The translations under genes and the position numbers were made by a program. From positions 101,804,001 through 101,868,000 of the forward strand of contig OZ024740.1 in assembly GCA_964016885.1 (NCBI GenBank): a stretch of DNA of 64,000 bases. Direction: 5' to 3'. The notes beneath the pieces are model-generated. The model did no database searches, had not been told where the DNA came from, and saw only the letters and a list, made by a program, of their open reading frames with translations. Within the stretch, counting starts at the first letter, position 1. Each line of letters starts with the position of its first letter. The stretch comes from Eledone cirrhosa. Its lineage: Eukaryota. This document shows positions 24,687-36,886 of this stretch, piece by piece.

Positions 24687-25025
24687 TTGCCTTTCATCCT
24701 TACGGGGTCGATAAAATAAAGTACCAGTAATGCACTGGGTAATTGCTGGCCTTGTGCCTAAAGTAGAAACAATTATTCTTCTTATTATTATTATTTTTAT
24801 TATAGGGCAGTGGATTGAGAGTATCATTAGAGCATCAGACAAAATGCTTTGTAGTGTTAGTTACAACTCCCTATGCTCTAAGTTCAAATCCTGCAAAGGT
24901 CAAATTTGCGTTACATTCTTCCAGGGTCAGTAAGATAAATTACCAGTCAAATAATGGGGTTGATTTAATTGACTTTCCCTCTCCCTAAAATTGCTAGCAT
25001 TGTGTCAATGTTAGAAAGAATTATT
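24687..25025 (+). mobile_element. Two tandem Meta-domain-like SINE copies (first one 5'-truncated)
   Basis: TTGCCTTTCATCCTTACGGGGTCGATAAAATAAAGTACCAG; second copy has B-box AGTTCAAATCC. Confidence 0.7.
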
Positions 25026-25182
25026 ATCATAGTTGTGAATTTGACCAGTTTTTTTAAGGACTAGGAACTTTGTGGTTAGCAACACTTGTCAAACTGGAGT
25101 AGCTTTACAGCTATAATAAAATATATATCACACTTTCTAAGTATTGTTTCTCCTGTTTGTAAAATCAAACCTATATATATAT

Positions 25183-25753
25183 ATCAAGACAATGTCACTG
25201 GACCGAGACCTTTGGCGATACTCAGTAATAGAGAAGACCCGCCTTACCTAAATACAAAGTAAAACCTACTACAGTCAGTAGGCATCTCTAACAAAATACA
25301 CCCCCGTCCCACCACCCCCACCCCATCCACACCGTCCCTTTCAATGTAAAGTTATGTTGGTGCCACAACATCCAGGCCGAAACAAATGAGATCGTGTAGG
25401 TGTCACGACAAAAAAACACACAGTTCACGCTGTAATGTGGTCGTGTAGGCAACACGGTAAAAACCTCCCAGCCCCACACTGTAAATGTGGTTGGTGTTAG
25501 GAAGGGCATCCAGCTGTAGAAAACCCGCCAGACAGTTCACGCTGTAATGTGGCCATGTAGGCAACACTGTAAAAACCTCCCAGCCCCACACTGTAAATGT
25601 GGTTGGTGTTAGGAAGGGCATCCAGCTGTAGAAAACCTGCCAGATAGTCCTATGCGAGCAAGATAATCACTCTTGCCTCAAGTGGGAAAACCCCCGTCCA
25701 AACCCATGCAAACGTGGAACACGGACGTTAAACGTTGATGATGATGATGATGA
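25183..25753 (+). mobile_element. RTE subfamily A 3' fragment with 112-bp tandem duplication in the UTR
   Basis: Matches 5319-5779; flanked by (TA)n on both sides. Confidence 0.92.
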
Positions 25754-26012
25754 TATATATATATATATATATATACATGCATGCACACACATACATTATA
25801 TTTTCTTATATTATACTGTATTTATTAAACATTCTTCATAATGCAAACCACCAGAAACCTACTCATTCTAATTACTCTCTTTGCTTTCAATAGTGTATCC
25901 ATATACATATGTTGAAATATCCAACACCCGAGCTGATACTTCAAATTTCAATATTGTATTGATTTACTTTCCCCGAGCAAAAGACCAAAAATCTGAATAT
26001 CATATTACTCAC

Positions 26013-26043
26013 ATTTTGAATGGATATCAAATAGCAATGCTTT
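26013..26043 (-). CDS. Candidate 31-nt exon of the same host gene
   Basis: tttcAG acceptor and GTGAGT donor; encodes KALLFDIHSK+T, phase-compatible with the 22374-22456 exon. Confidence 0.4.
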
Positions 26044-26614
26044 CTGAAACCACGAGGTTCAGGTTTATAGTGAAAGTTTTGTGTTTAATGAAGTTTTTAC
26101 CATTCATCATCAGAAAGTCTAAATCAATTTCAGTAAGATTTATTGTTGAGCAATATGAAGCAGAATGGCAGAGGAATTATTGTACTGGAATTCTGACCAG
26201 GGTTTCATGAGTTCAAACTTGTCATGGGGTCCTTTTTGAGGCAATGTTTCATAGCCAGATGCTTTTTCTGGTAGCAACCCTTTTAGTCACCTGTTACATT
26301 ATGCAGAAAGGGAGTTAAGCATTCCTTACACTATAAAAAGTAGAATTTATTTCATTATCTAAACTTTTTATTCTGTTTCACAGTTTTGTAGACAACTATA
26401 TTCATCATTATACTGGAATAACGATATCAATATTTTGGAAAAACATTTTAGCAGTATGGGGATAGAATATCATGATAATGCTCATGATAATGAATTAATA
26501 AATTAGTAAATGACTAATAGCATAGATTTTTTTAAATTTATTAGATTTTGTGAAGCTATTGTCCTTCAAATTCTCAACATTCCATTTGCTTATACTAGCA
26601 TTTTTTTTCCAAGA

Positions 26615-26875
26615 CACCACTGACTATGTGGTTTAAATACCACATGAGTCTTGGGTTGTATGTCTAACATACTGCTTGATTTTATACCTACACCACCACC
26701 ACTACATAGTCTTTGGGTGGTATGCTTTACATGCTGCGAAGTTTAACATAACTACCACATGGTTTAGTGATTATATGTCTAACACACTGCCTGATTTAAC
26801 ACTGCCACTACACGATCCTTGGGTTGTATGTCTAAAACAATGCTTCGTTTAACACTACTTCAACCACCACTATCT
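26615..26875. repeat. Degenerate ~55-bp minisatellite
   Basis: Recurrent CCACxxxAGTCTTGGGTTGTATGTCTAACAxxCTGC...TTTAACAC units. Confidence 0.7.
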
Positions 26876-27224
26876 GCATTAATTCTAATATCATTTGGTC
26901 CTTGGATGATATGTTTTCACCCTTGCTGTTTTTGTTTATATAAATTAATTATCTCTCTAATTTTTGTTTTATATAATGTTTTATTAAAATTTTGGTGGTG
27001 GAGATTGTTGTGAAATATAGCTATTGTTCATCCGTTTTTTGAAAATCTTATAAGAGTTCCATATTAAGATAAATTTGAAGATCACTGTATCACAGTATTT
27101 ATTTACATCTAGTCTCCATTTAAAATTCATATCTACCTCTGTCAACTCTTTATTTTCAACTCTCTGAACAGTGTGTTTATTTGCTTGTACAGTGAAGAGG
27201 GGCAATAGAATATATATCAGTAAT

Positions 27225-27880
27225 ATGCTGGCGTTGAATCAATCAACCTCACCATGCTTCTTGGACAGCATAACTGTTCTTAAGAAAAAAGGTGGTTGCA
27301 TACACCCTATTGTGGTTGGCAATGTTTTTAGAAGGTTGACTATCAAGGTCATCTGCAAGTCCTTCACCTCTGAACTGGGCAATGAACTAAACCTGATGCA
27401 GCTTAGGGTTGGTGTAGCTGATGGGTGTGAGGGAGCCACCCATGCCACTAGTCAGTTCATCAATGACTGTCTATCTGATCCAGCATTGAGAGATTCTAGA
27501 TATCTCATTGTCAAACATGATATCTCTAATGCCTTCAACTCTCTGATCCTTGATCATTTGCTCAAAACTTGTCTCAGTCATGCCCCACCCATCTATCCAT
27601 TGGCCTACATATATGTGCTTCTGGGCATGCTTCTTGCAGCAGATATAGTCATATTATCCTCTACTGGCTCTCTTCTGTTCACACTTGTTACTCATGACAT
27701 CATAGTTTCATTCAATGTGTTGTACCTTGATGACACAATGATAGGCAAGCCTGTAGAGAATATCTGCACAGATCACCACTCAGTAGTTCCTTATCTGGCA
27801 AGGACCAGCACTGAGATTAACTTGTCTAACTAAGAGGTTGTGAATGTTAATTACAACAGAGAGGGCTTTGAAGCCTTCAT
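27225..27880 (+). mobile_element. Decayed CRE-clade-like reverse transcriptase fragment
   Basis: LKKKGGCIHPIVVGNVFRRL, QLRVGVADGCEGATHA, VKHDISNAFNS, LYLDDTMIG. Confidence 0.75.
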
Positions 27881-28039
27881 CTCAGACATACTTCCTCATT
27901 CTTTCCTTGGTAAATATAATCTATCTACACTGTTTCTTAATGAGATGCTCTGGACATCGTCATTGTCTTTCTTGTCTTTCTATCAATCTGTTTATGTTGC
28001 TGTCTTGACCAATTCAAGGATGCAACAAATTACCTTAAT

Positions 28040-28345
28040 AGAAATACTACCCAGGCATTAATTTCTGTGATACTTTTTCCTCTATTAGATTTAGAATTAA
28101 CACCTTCTTTAATCTGATAAAATATTCTTTTGCTGTCTTTTCTTTTGTCTCTTCACACAGTATTTTATCTGCTTCTAAAATATCCAGGTACTTGTAATTT
28201 TTACCATCTCATTGTTTTTATCTTTGTGTAATCAGGTAGCTCTTCACCTTCAGATTTTTATTTTCCCACTCTTTAATACTAGTATTGTACATTCCTTCAT
28301 TCCAAATTATATTCTTATATTATTACTCCTAATTTTCACTATTAT
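28040..28345 (-). mobile_element. Decayed R4/Dong-type fragment
   Basis: Minus strand reads YKYLDILEAD; homologous to the YKYLG region at ~17400. Confidence 0.5.
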
Positions 28346-28419
28346 TATTGTTATTCTACCAGGCAGGCAATGTGGTCAGTAAAATTTCCACTCTTGAGTT
28401 CTGTAGTAAGACGCCTTAC

Positions 28420-29975
28420 GCCCCCTGTCCATAAAAATGACATTCCAAAAACGGCTATAGTTACGCCATTTGGGTCATTTGAGTTTTTGATCATGCCATT
28501 CGGATTAAGGAATGCCGCTAGTACGTTTCAGCGGTTTATGGATGAGGTTACTCGTGGCCTCGATTTCGTCTATACATATATTGACGACCTGCTCATTGCT
28601 AGTTCTTCTCAAGAACAACATACGCACCATTTAAATCTTTTTTTCCGCCGATTGAAGGCGTATAACGTGCAGATTAATGCACCCAAATGTGTTTTTAGTG
28701 CTGAGTCACTGACTTTCTTTTGTCACGTCATCGATGCTGACGGTACTCGACCCCGGCCTGAGCAAGTTAAAGTCATAGAGGATTTGCCTCCACCGACCTC
28801 ACTACGTCAGTTACGCCAGTTCTTAGGCCTGATCAATTTTTATAGGCGTTTCGTGCCAAATTGTACAAAGATTGCTTTTCTCCCTGACGGAAATTTTTAA
28901 AAATTGTCGGAAGAAGAAGACAGATATTTCTTTAACCGAAACACAACTTGCTGATTTTCAGCACGCCAAAACTGCTTTGGCTAATGCTTCTTTACTGGCT
29001 CACCCGGTACCCGGTGCAAAGCTAACGCTTTGTGTTGATGCATCGGATATCGCTGTGGGCGCAGTGCTACAACAAAACATCAATGGTTACCAGCAACCGC
29101 TGGAGTTTTTTTCCAGAAAAATGAAACCTGCTGAGACGCGCTACAGCACCTTTGGAAGGGAGCTTTTAGCCATCTATTTAGCTGTGAAACATTTTTCACA
29201 TATGCTAGAGGGTAGACTATTTACTATCCTTACTGACCATAAACCATTAACTTTTGCGTTGAGAGCGAAGGCTGATAAATACTCGCCCAGAGAGACGAGG
29301 CACCTTGATTTCATCTCGCAATATACGAACGATATCCAACACATTCCGGGTTCACTGAATACAGCGGCCGATGCTTTGTCCCGCTTACCCGTGACAGCGA
29401 TCTCGTCACCCTCTGACATAGATCTGACTCGTTTGGCTGCGGATCAGCCTCCCCTTGAGTCATTGGATGTTACATCGCCTGAGTTTGCGAATTGCGAGAT
29501 GAAATACTTGCCTCTGTCGACTGCAGTTGGCCAAATTATCTGCGACGTCTCTTTGGACGTGCCTAGGCCCTTCATTCCAGAGAATCATCGTCGGACCGTG
29601 TTTCTGGCATTAAATAGTTTCTCATATCCAGGATCTGCTGCCACAGTAAAGCTCATATCAGCTAGATTTTTCTGGCCAAATATGACGCGTGAAATTGCTG
29701 CTTGGTGCCGTTCCTGCGTCGCTTGCCAGAAATCAAAGGTCCATCGACACGTCAAGGCTCCCCTGGGTATCTTTACTAACCCAGATGCGCGTTTTTCGCA
29801 CATTCACATTGATATAGTGGGACCTTGGCCTGTCAGCGACGGTTATTCTTATCTGCTGACTATAGTTGACCGTTTTGCGAGATGGCCTGAAGCCATCCCC
29901 TTGAAAAACATCACCGCTGAGACAACAGCGCGTGCTCTTGTGTCTGGATGGATCTCTCGTTATGGAGTATTTGTA
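28420..29975 (+). mobile_element. Ty3/Gypsy pol fragment (RT, RNase H, integrase N-terminus), one frameshift near 28880, no LTRs seen
   Basis: [72 protein letters not shown]. Confidence 0.93.
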
Positions 29976-29980
29976 ATATA

Positions 29981-30846
29981 GTTCTATAGAGGATTAACGG
30001 TGGGCAAGTGTGGAAACGCACTCGGAGAGGCTCTGGGCGTAGACAGAATCGAACTGATCAGTCTGTTCCAGAGGACTTTCGAGCTGAGGACTATGGATAA
30101 CTTCCAGAAACCCTCGCTTGGCAGTGCTACTGGAAGCACTGCTGGTTTAAGATAAACTCTATAGGCACGTAAGTGCTGTCAGACAGACCAGCCTGAGATA
30201 CACATAGAGTAACAAAAGTGTTAAGCACACACTAGTCCTGTATCCGTACATTACTGACTAGTGGAGTTATGTTGAACAGCTGTAGTCGCGTGTAAGATGG
30301 ATCTGGCTATCAACCGAGTCCATAGAGAAGATCACCCACCACCTACTTTTGGCTCAGAAGGGCAGGCAATTTTCCTCGTGACTGTAGCAAAAGAAGTTGT
30401 GTGGAGGACCAGGTTGAAAGGACTGAAGTCAGACACTTTTCTCTTCAGCCAATCCTTCGTCAAACTTTGAAGTTTCACTTGGAAAGGAAGGTAAGGGTAG
30501 AGAGAAAAGTGCTTCCCCCTGTACATTTGCTAAAAGGTGTGTGAATATGGTGAGAATGACTCATCTGAATGGACCTACTCTGAGCATGCACCTGTAGGCT
30601 GGTTAATTTGAGGAGAGGGGGTGCCCTTCCAGAGTGCCCTCACAGCATGAGGTGGTTCAGGATTGGTGGGGTACCTGAATCACCCCTTGGTGGTTTTCCC
30701 CCCTATTGGAGAATTTTGTTGTTGTAATTGTATTTGTTAATTCGTTTGTACTCAAGTTTATTGTAAACTCCAATTGTCCTTGTCTTTTTTTATTGTCCTC
30801 TATATTGCCTAGTGGCCAATAAAGAAATTATTATTATTATCATTAT
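29981..30846 (+). mobile_element. Older, diverged Tx1 3' fragment with AATAAA and (ATT)n tail
   Basis: Homologous to ~35969-36850. Confidence 0.88.
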
Positions 30847-31061
30847 TGAATGCCATGGTTGACGGAGGCTCGGCTCTCTAAGGTATAGTAATTTTTAACC
30901 GTTAAAACAATTGTAAATGGTTTAAAACTTGAACCAAATTGTTGATAAAGACACCCTCCTCCTCGTGAGAGGGGTCTTTCTGTCCGTTATTTGGCCCTTC
31001 GGGGCTAAATAACCAGTTATTGGGGTTTTGTACCCAATATTCATTTTAAACAAAAAACAAC

Positions 31062-33140
31062 ATGGCTACGAAAAAGAAATTTCATACGTCACTCCCACTC
31101 ATTCCGTCTTCTTCTTCCTCAATCATCACTACAGCAGAGAGAAGATTGTCTCTCTCCCTCCCTTCTTTAAATGTGTCTCTCTCCCTCCCTTCTCTTTCGC
31201 AAGTGACGAAAGAAAAGAAAAGTCTCGTGCAAAGCGTGCAAAGTTTCTCCACGACGACGACGACAGCGACGAAACAGGTGTGCGGGAAATACGAAAACCC
31301 AGTTCATTCGTCTGACGTCAGGAATAATAGCAGTAGCAGCCGTAATAACAACAGCAACAGTGACAATGAAAACAACAGTAGCAGCCGCAACAGCATCACC
31401 AGCAGCATAAACAACAACAGCATTAGCAGCAGCAACACCAACAACAACCACAGCAACAGCGGCGGAGGCAGTAGTCGTAGTACCTGCAGCAACAACAAAA
31501 GTACCAGCAGCTCTGACGACAACAACAACAGCAGAGAAAAACCAATCTCATTTGCAGGTATTGCGAAAAACTTGGAAACAATCCTCATAACAAATGTGGA
31601 ATTAGAGGAAGCGAAGAAGATGGTTACAAAGAACTGACACCGAGCAATCTGCAAGGCAGCGGAAAAATTTTTCGAAACCCAAGAGCACTGTACGGTCACG
31701 TACCGTACAGTAAGTACAAAATCCCGTAGGGTGGAAAGAGCCACAGAGGCCCAAATACAAAAAGCCTTGGGGTCTGTGTGGCAGCGGAAAACGCACATCA
31801 CCCGAGGCAAAAAATATGCCACCGTAGACGTACTTTTTGCCACACCCCAGGAGGCAAAGGCCCAATCAGTAGTGACCCTAAGGAGCGAGGAAATGGTGTT
31901 GGTGCCCTCCTACTGTGGGCAAAAAATTGTGAGGGTCAAACTAACCCACGTCCTCCCCGGAATGACCCCTTCTTGGCTGGCCGCGTCTGTCCTCGTCGGA
32001 ATCGAGGACAAAACAACTGTACTGCAAGTACAGAAAAAAGTAAGAGAAGATTGGGTCGGCTCCTCCATTGAGATGCTAATCCAAACCAACCAGGAGTGCA
32101 TCGAAGCTATCCCGGATGTGATAGACTTCGATAACGGCACTCAACTGCCCATAAGTGTTGAGGGCAAACGCCCGAAATGCTTTCGCTGTGGATCGAAGAC
32201 TCACCTCAGGGCCTTCTGCAACGAGAAGACCATGAGAAAGGAGAAAACCCCCCTCCTTCCGAATCCGGCTCCACGGCTACCAGCAACAGGACAAGCGGCA
32301 ACCAGGAACGATAGGTCCGTGGCACCCATACCCACTCCACGGAAATCAAAAACAGCAGCAGCAGTGGAAATATTAACAACAACAACAGCAATACCAAATG
32401 CAGCTGCAACAGAGACTCCAGTGCAAACATCACCAACAACAAGTGAAAGAGTGGAGCTGGTACCCCTCCCCGACCTCACAGAATCAGACATGGAGTGTGA
32501 GGTGGGAGAGGGATGGCAAAAGGTCGTAAGAAGGCACAAACGCAGAAGCAGCGCATCGTCGCCTTTGAAAAGGGAGGAAAGAAATGAGAAAAGGGTAAAG
32601 TCTACTGCAAAGAGACCCACAGCAGCAACAACACCAACACCATCACCACCCACACTAGCACCACCATCACCACCGCCAACAACACCTTTAACACCACCAC
32701 CACAAGCACCAACATCGCAAACACAACAACAAAACACACACACCCAGCAACAACGACAAGAAAATAGTAGAACCACACCCCACCCCCAGAAAAACAAATG
32801 CACGGCAATAAATACACACAACAAGAAACTAATGACTTACATAATTGAACACACAGACATTTCACAACAGGACTACATAATACCAGCACCAATCAAAACG
32901 CCAACTAACATAAGACTGCTAAAAATAGCACAGAAACAATACACAAACATTAAAACGAAATTCCCCAACGCAGTTGGTGATTTCAGGGACCTAGGAGGAA
33001 CCATCAATCGAAGAGTATACTCAGACATTCTCTTAGAAGAGCCGACGACCAGCCGAAGGGACGATTCAACGGTCCCTTCACCAGACGATCAAGTGAAAAG
33101 GGATGTAAAAACCATCCCTCCTCTACCAAAAGTATGGTAA
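31062..33140 (+). pseudogene. Tx1 ORF1 (gag-like, CCHC knuckle) with one in-frame TGA at 31635-31637
   Basis: ORFs 31062-31637 and 31731-33140 share a frame; ISFAGIAK motif, CFRCGSKTHLRAFC knuckle (32178-32219), GWQKVVRRHKRR, S/N- and P/T-rich tracts. Confidence 0.85.
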
Positions 33141-33175
33141 GTGGTCTTTCCCATCTTTTCCACTCTATTTTAAAC

Positions 33176-36100
33176 ATGACCTCACTCAGAATAGGCAGCA
33201 TAAATGCGCGTGGCTTGGGGTCGTCATGGAAGCAGGGTCACCTGCTCAACGACCTCAGGTCACTAAACATAGATGTAGTGGCCATCAGCGAGACCAGAAT
33301 CTCCGAAGCACGGGCCTTCGCACCGATCTTCGGCGGCTACGATGTGTACGCATCTCCCAGCCGTCATGGATCGGGTGGAGGAGTTGCTGTACTTTTTCGG
33401 AGAGGTTTGGATCTCGCCATACGGGCCATCTTCCTGGACCCAGAGGGTAAGCTGGTGGTGCTGGACGTGACCAGCGGAGACGGGCAAGCTTTCAGGCTAG
33501 TGGCCGTCTATGCCCCGACAGGAGCAGGGCGGCCTGATTTTTTCCGGCGTCTGGAGACCTTTCTTGGAACGTCGCGCTCTTTAGTGTTAGTGGGCGACTG
33601 GAACGGGATCTTAGATGCACGCTGGGACTGTGTGGGATTAGCGGATAGGGGTGGAGGGTGCAAGAGCCTCACCAACCTGCTCAGGCGTTTTGAACTGTCT
33701 GACAGGTACCGATTGGATTTCCCGAATGTGCCAATGTGGACTTGGACAAACCGCATAGGGTCATCCAGATCATATCTAGATAGAGTATTTTGTAGGGAAA
33801 TAGATAGGTCTAGCATAGGCTGTCCACAATTCAAGATAGTCAGCTACACGGACCACAAATTCGTGATCTGTGTGCTTGACTTAGATAGGCTTCATAGACG
33901 AGGACCCGGCTACTGGAAGCTAAACGCGTCCTTACCAGCGCGCAAGGCCTACAGAGACCGGATTAGCGAACTAGTTAAGCGGGCGTTGACGGGGGCCATC
34001 GTCAACAACAAGTGGTGGTTTGCTCTGAAAAGAGCGATTAGAATAGAATCGATTAGATTTAGTAAGGCTTTAGCAATAGAGAAAAATAGAGCAGAGGGAG
34101 AACTAGTTAGAAAATTAGACGAGGCGCTTAGCAAAGGCATTGCGACCGACGTGCTTGCGGCGAAATTGGCCCTTGACCAATTCTTCAATGCAAAGCACGA
34201 AGGCTGCGTTGTCAGAGCAAGGGTGCGTGCTCTCAGACACGAGGGGACGAAAGCCGTTCAATGGGCCCAAGTGGCGGAGGCGCGTCGTGGCAACTAAGCC
34301 ACGATCCGGTCTTTGGTGGACCACGACGGGCGCATGCTACTCGATCCCGGGCAAATGTGTGAAGCTTTTCAGCGACACTTCGCTCAGCTGTTCGGGGGCA
34401 GCAGTGGGCCGGGTAGAGGGATGGACTTTAGTGTCTACCTCGACGGACTGCCGCGGCTCTCGGCCACTGAGGCGAAGTGTTGCGAAAAGCCGATAACAGC
34501 CGCTGAAGTAAGGGAGGCAATGACTGGCTGCACAAGGGGTAAATCGCCTGGTTTGGATGGTCTGCCCTATGAACTTTACGCACAGATGCCAGACTTGTTC
34601 GGAGGCCTCTTGGCGGACGTCTACTGCAACTGGCAACAAAACCGGAGAATTCCCAGTTCTGTGAGCCGAGGAGCGGTGGCACTGCTGAGAAAGGATCCGA
34701 ACAAGGGGGATAACATAGAAAATTTCCGGCCCATAACTCTGCTAAACACAGAGTTTAAGATTTTGGCCAAGGTGCTAGCAAAGAGGTTGGCGCTTGTCGT
34801 TGGTGGTCTGGTGGGAGAGGCGCAGACATGCGCCATTCCCGACAGATCCATCCACGACAACCTCCACCTCATGCGATACATCGTAGAGAAGGTAGCTAGG
34901 GAACCTGGCACGGGTGGGTCCTTGATCAATTTAGATCAGTCGAAAGCTTTCGATAGGGTCGACCATCGTTACCTAGCGGCAGTCCTGAGGGCGGCTGGCT
35001 TTGGGCCCGTCTTCAGAGGCTGGATCGCTGCCATGCACAGCGACATCTGCTCTGTGGTGAGAGTGAACGGTCACCTGTCGGAACCGTTCAACATCATGCG
35101 CTCGGTCCGCCAAGGATGTCCCCTCTCGTCCCTCTTGTACGTATTGACTCTCGAGCCATTACTGCACAAACTGGAGACGTTGAGGGGGGTCCCGCGCGAA
35201 CTAGGATGCGGAAGATCCGTATCAGCATATGCGGACGATGTCACCGTAGTGGTGTCGAACGCCAAACACATCGAGGCGATCGGCACTACACTAAGAGAAT
35301 ACGAAGCGGTGACAGGAGCAATGATCAACCAGGAAAAGTCAGTGGGCCTGCAGCTCGGCACCTGGAGAGGCAGGCCCATGCCGTCCAACAGCGTCGTCGG
35401 ACGCTGGACGGACGGACCGGTTAAATTGCTAGGGGTCTGGTTCGGTCCGGACCTCCAGACGGACAAAAACTGGGACGAGGTGACGAGCAGGGTGGCTTCT
35501 CTCACCCAGAAATGGGCCGAGAGGAAGCTATCCCTGAAAGGTCGAGCGGAGGTGGCTAACGCGTACATCGCGTCCGTCATCTGCTACCGCCTGACCGTCG
35601 TACCTTGTCCTAAGCCTCGCCTGACTGCGCTGGAGCGTTTGCTCTTTCGCTTTTTGTGGAAGGGACGCGCTCCGATGGTCAGGCGGTCCATCTGTTGTCA
35701 ACACCCGCTACGTGGAGGGCTGGGCATGCCGTGGCTGATGATGCGCAGGCACGCGCTCAGGCTACGACATCTCCACCTCTTCCTCGACGGTGATCAGGTG
35801 TGGTCGCCGTTTGCTAGACGCGTGTTTCCCCAGCTCGTTTCCTTGACGGAGCTGCAGTCCTGGGTCAAGCGAAGACCGAGAGGGAGCGCCTGGAGACTGG
35901 AATGTCTTCAGGCGCTCACAGCCCTCGACCAATCGGGCAATGTGATCGGTGGAAACTCCACCTCGGCGTTCTATAGAGGATTAGTGGAGGGGAAGAGCGA
36001 CGACGTACTTGGGGAAACTCTAGGCGTCGACGAAAATCAACTAGCCAATCTCTTCGGAAGAACTTTCGGGCCAGGGCCTATGGACAACTTCCAGAAATCT

Positions 36101-36595
36101 CTGGCCTGGCAGTGCTACCGAGGAGCCTTGCCAGTTTGGGATAAACTCTACAGGCATGGAGGTGCCGTCAGCCGGGCATGTCCGAGATGCGCGCAGGGCG
36201 ACGAAACCGTCCTGCACGCACTCGTCCAGTGTCCGAAAATTGCTGACTTGTGGGTTTATGTCGAACACCTGCTGTCGCGTTTAGGACGGATCCGGCTATC
36301 ATCTGAGTCCATCGTGAGGATTGCCCCGCCCTCCTCCTTTAGCCGGGAAGGGCAGGCAGTTTTTATCTGCCTGGTGGCCATGGCGAAAGAGATAGTATGG
36401 TGGACACGTTTGAAAGGGCTGAAGACGAGCACTTACCTCTTCGGTGATGCTCTGATTGACTTTTTCAAATTTCATTTGAAAAGGAAAATCAGAGTAGAGA
36501 GGGAAGTGCTCTCTTCCCAGCATTTTGTTGAAAGATGGGTGAGAGAAGCAAGAATGGCCCGAGTGAATGGGCCTACTCTGAGCATATATCTGTAA
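33176..36595 (+). pseudogene. Tx1 ORF2 (APE endonuclease, RT, C-terminal CCHC) with one in-frame TAA at 34295-34297
   Basis: SINARGL, ISETR, VYAP, GDWN, SYLDRV, TDH; KSPGLDG, FRPITLL, DQSKAFDRV, VRQGCPLS, AYADD; CPRC-x8-H-x4-C; both ORF halves in the same frame. Confidence 0.93.
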
Positions 36596-36842
36596 ATTAA
36601 AGGTGGAAAACTGGGAGAGGGCACTTGCCTTGGTGGTCAGGGTCATTGTGGCTTTTTACTGGGCTTTCTCCACAAATGTCCCTCCGAAGTCTCCCCCTAT
36701 TGGGGAATTTTTCATTGTTATTTTTTGTTACATCCTCTGTTTTTGTTTTTTACACGCAGAAATGCCCATTTGTACCGTCCTGCATTGTCCTGCACTGTCC
36801 TTAATGTCTACTTTATGTAAACCCTTGTGGTTAATAAAGAAA

Positions 36843-36884
<42 letters not shown>

Positions 36885-36886
36885 GC

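Larger units (their letters stand above)
30847..36885 (+). mobile_element. Full-length two-ORF Tx1/L1-clade retrotransposon
   Basis: ~215-nt 5' UTR, ORF1, ORF2, 3' UTR, AATAAA and (ATT)n tail; (ATT)n also precedes the 5' end. Confidence 0.92.

Noticed and set aside
25420-25645. CRISPR-like or regularly spaced repeats (also 22944-23400, 26615-26875)
   Set aside because: Tandem duplications or minisatellites in eukaryotic repeats; no unique spacers and no cas genes.
30945-30980. HDV-like ribozyme suggested by CTCCTCGT loop motif
   Set aside because: P3 pairing and the nested P1/P2 double pseudoknot could not be built; it reads as a simple hairpin.
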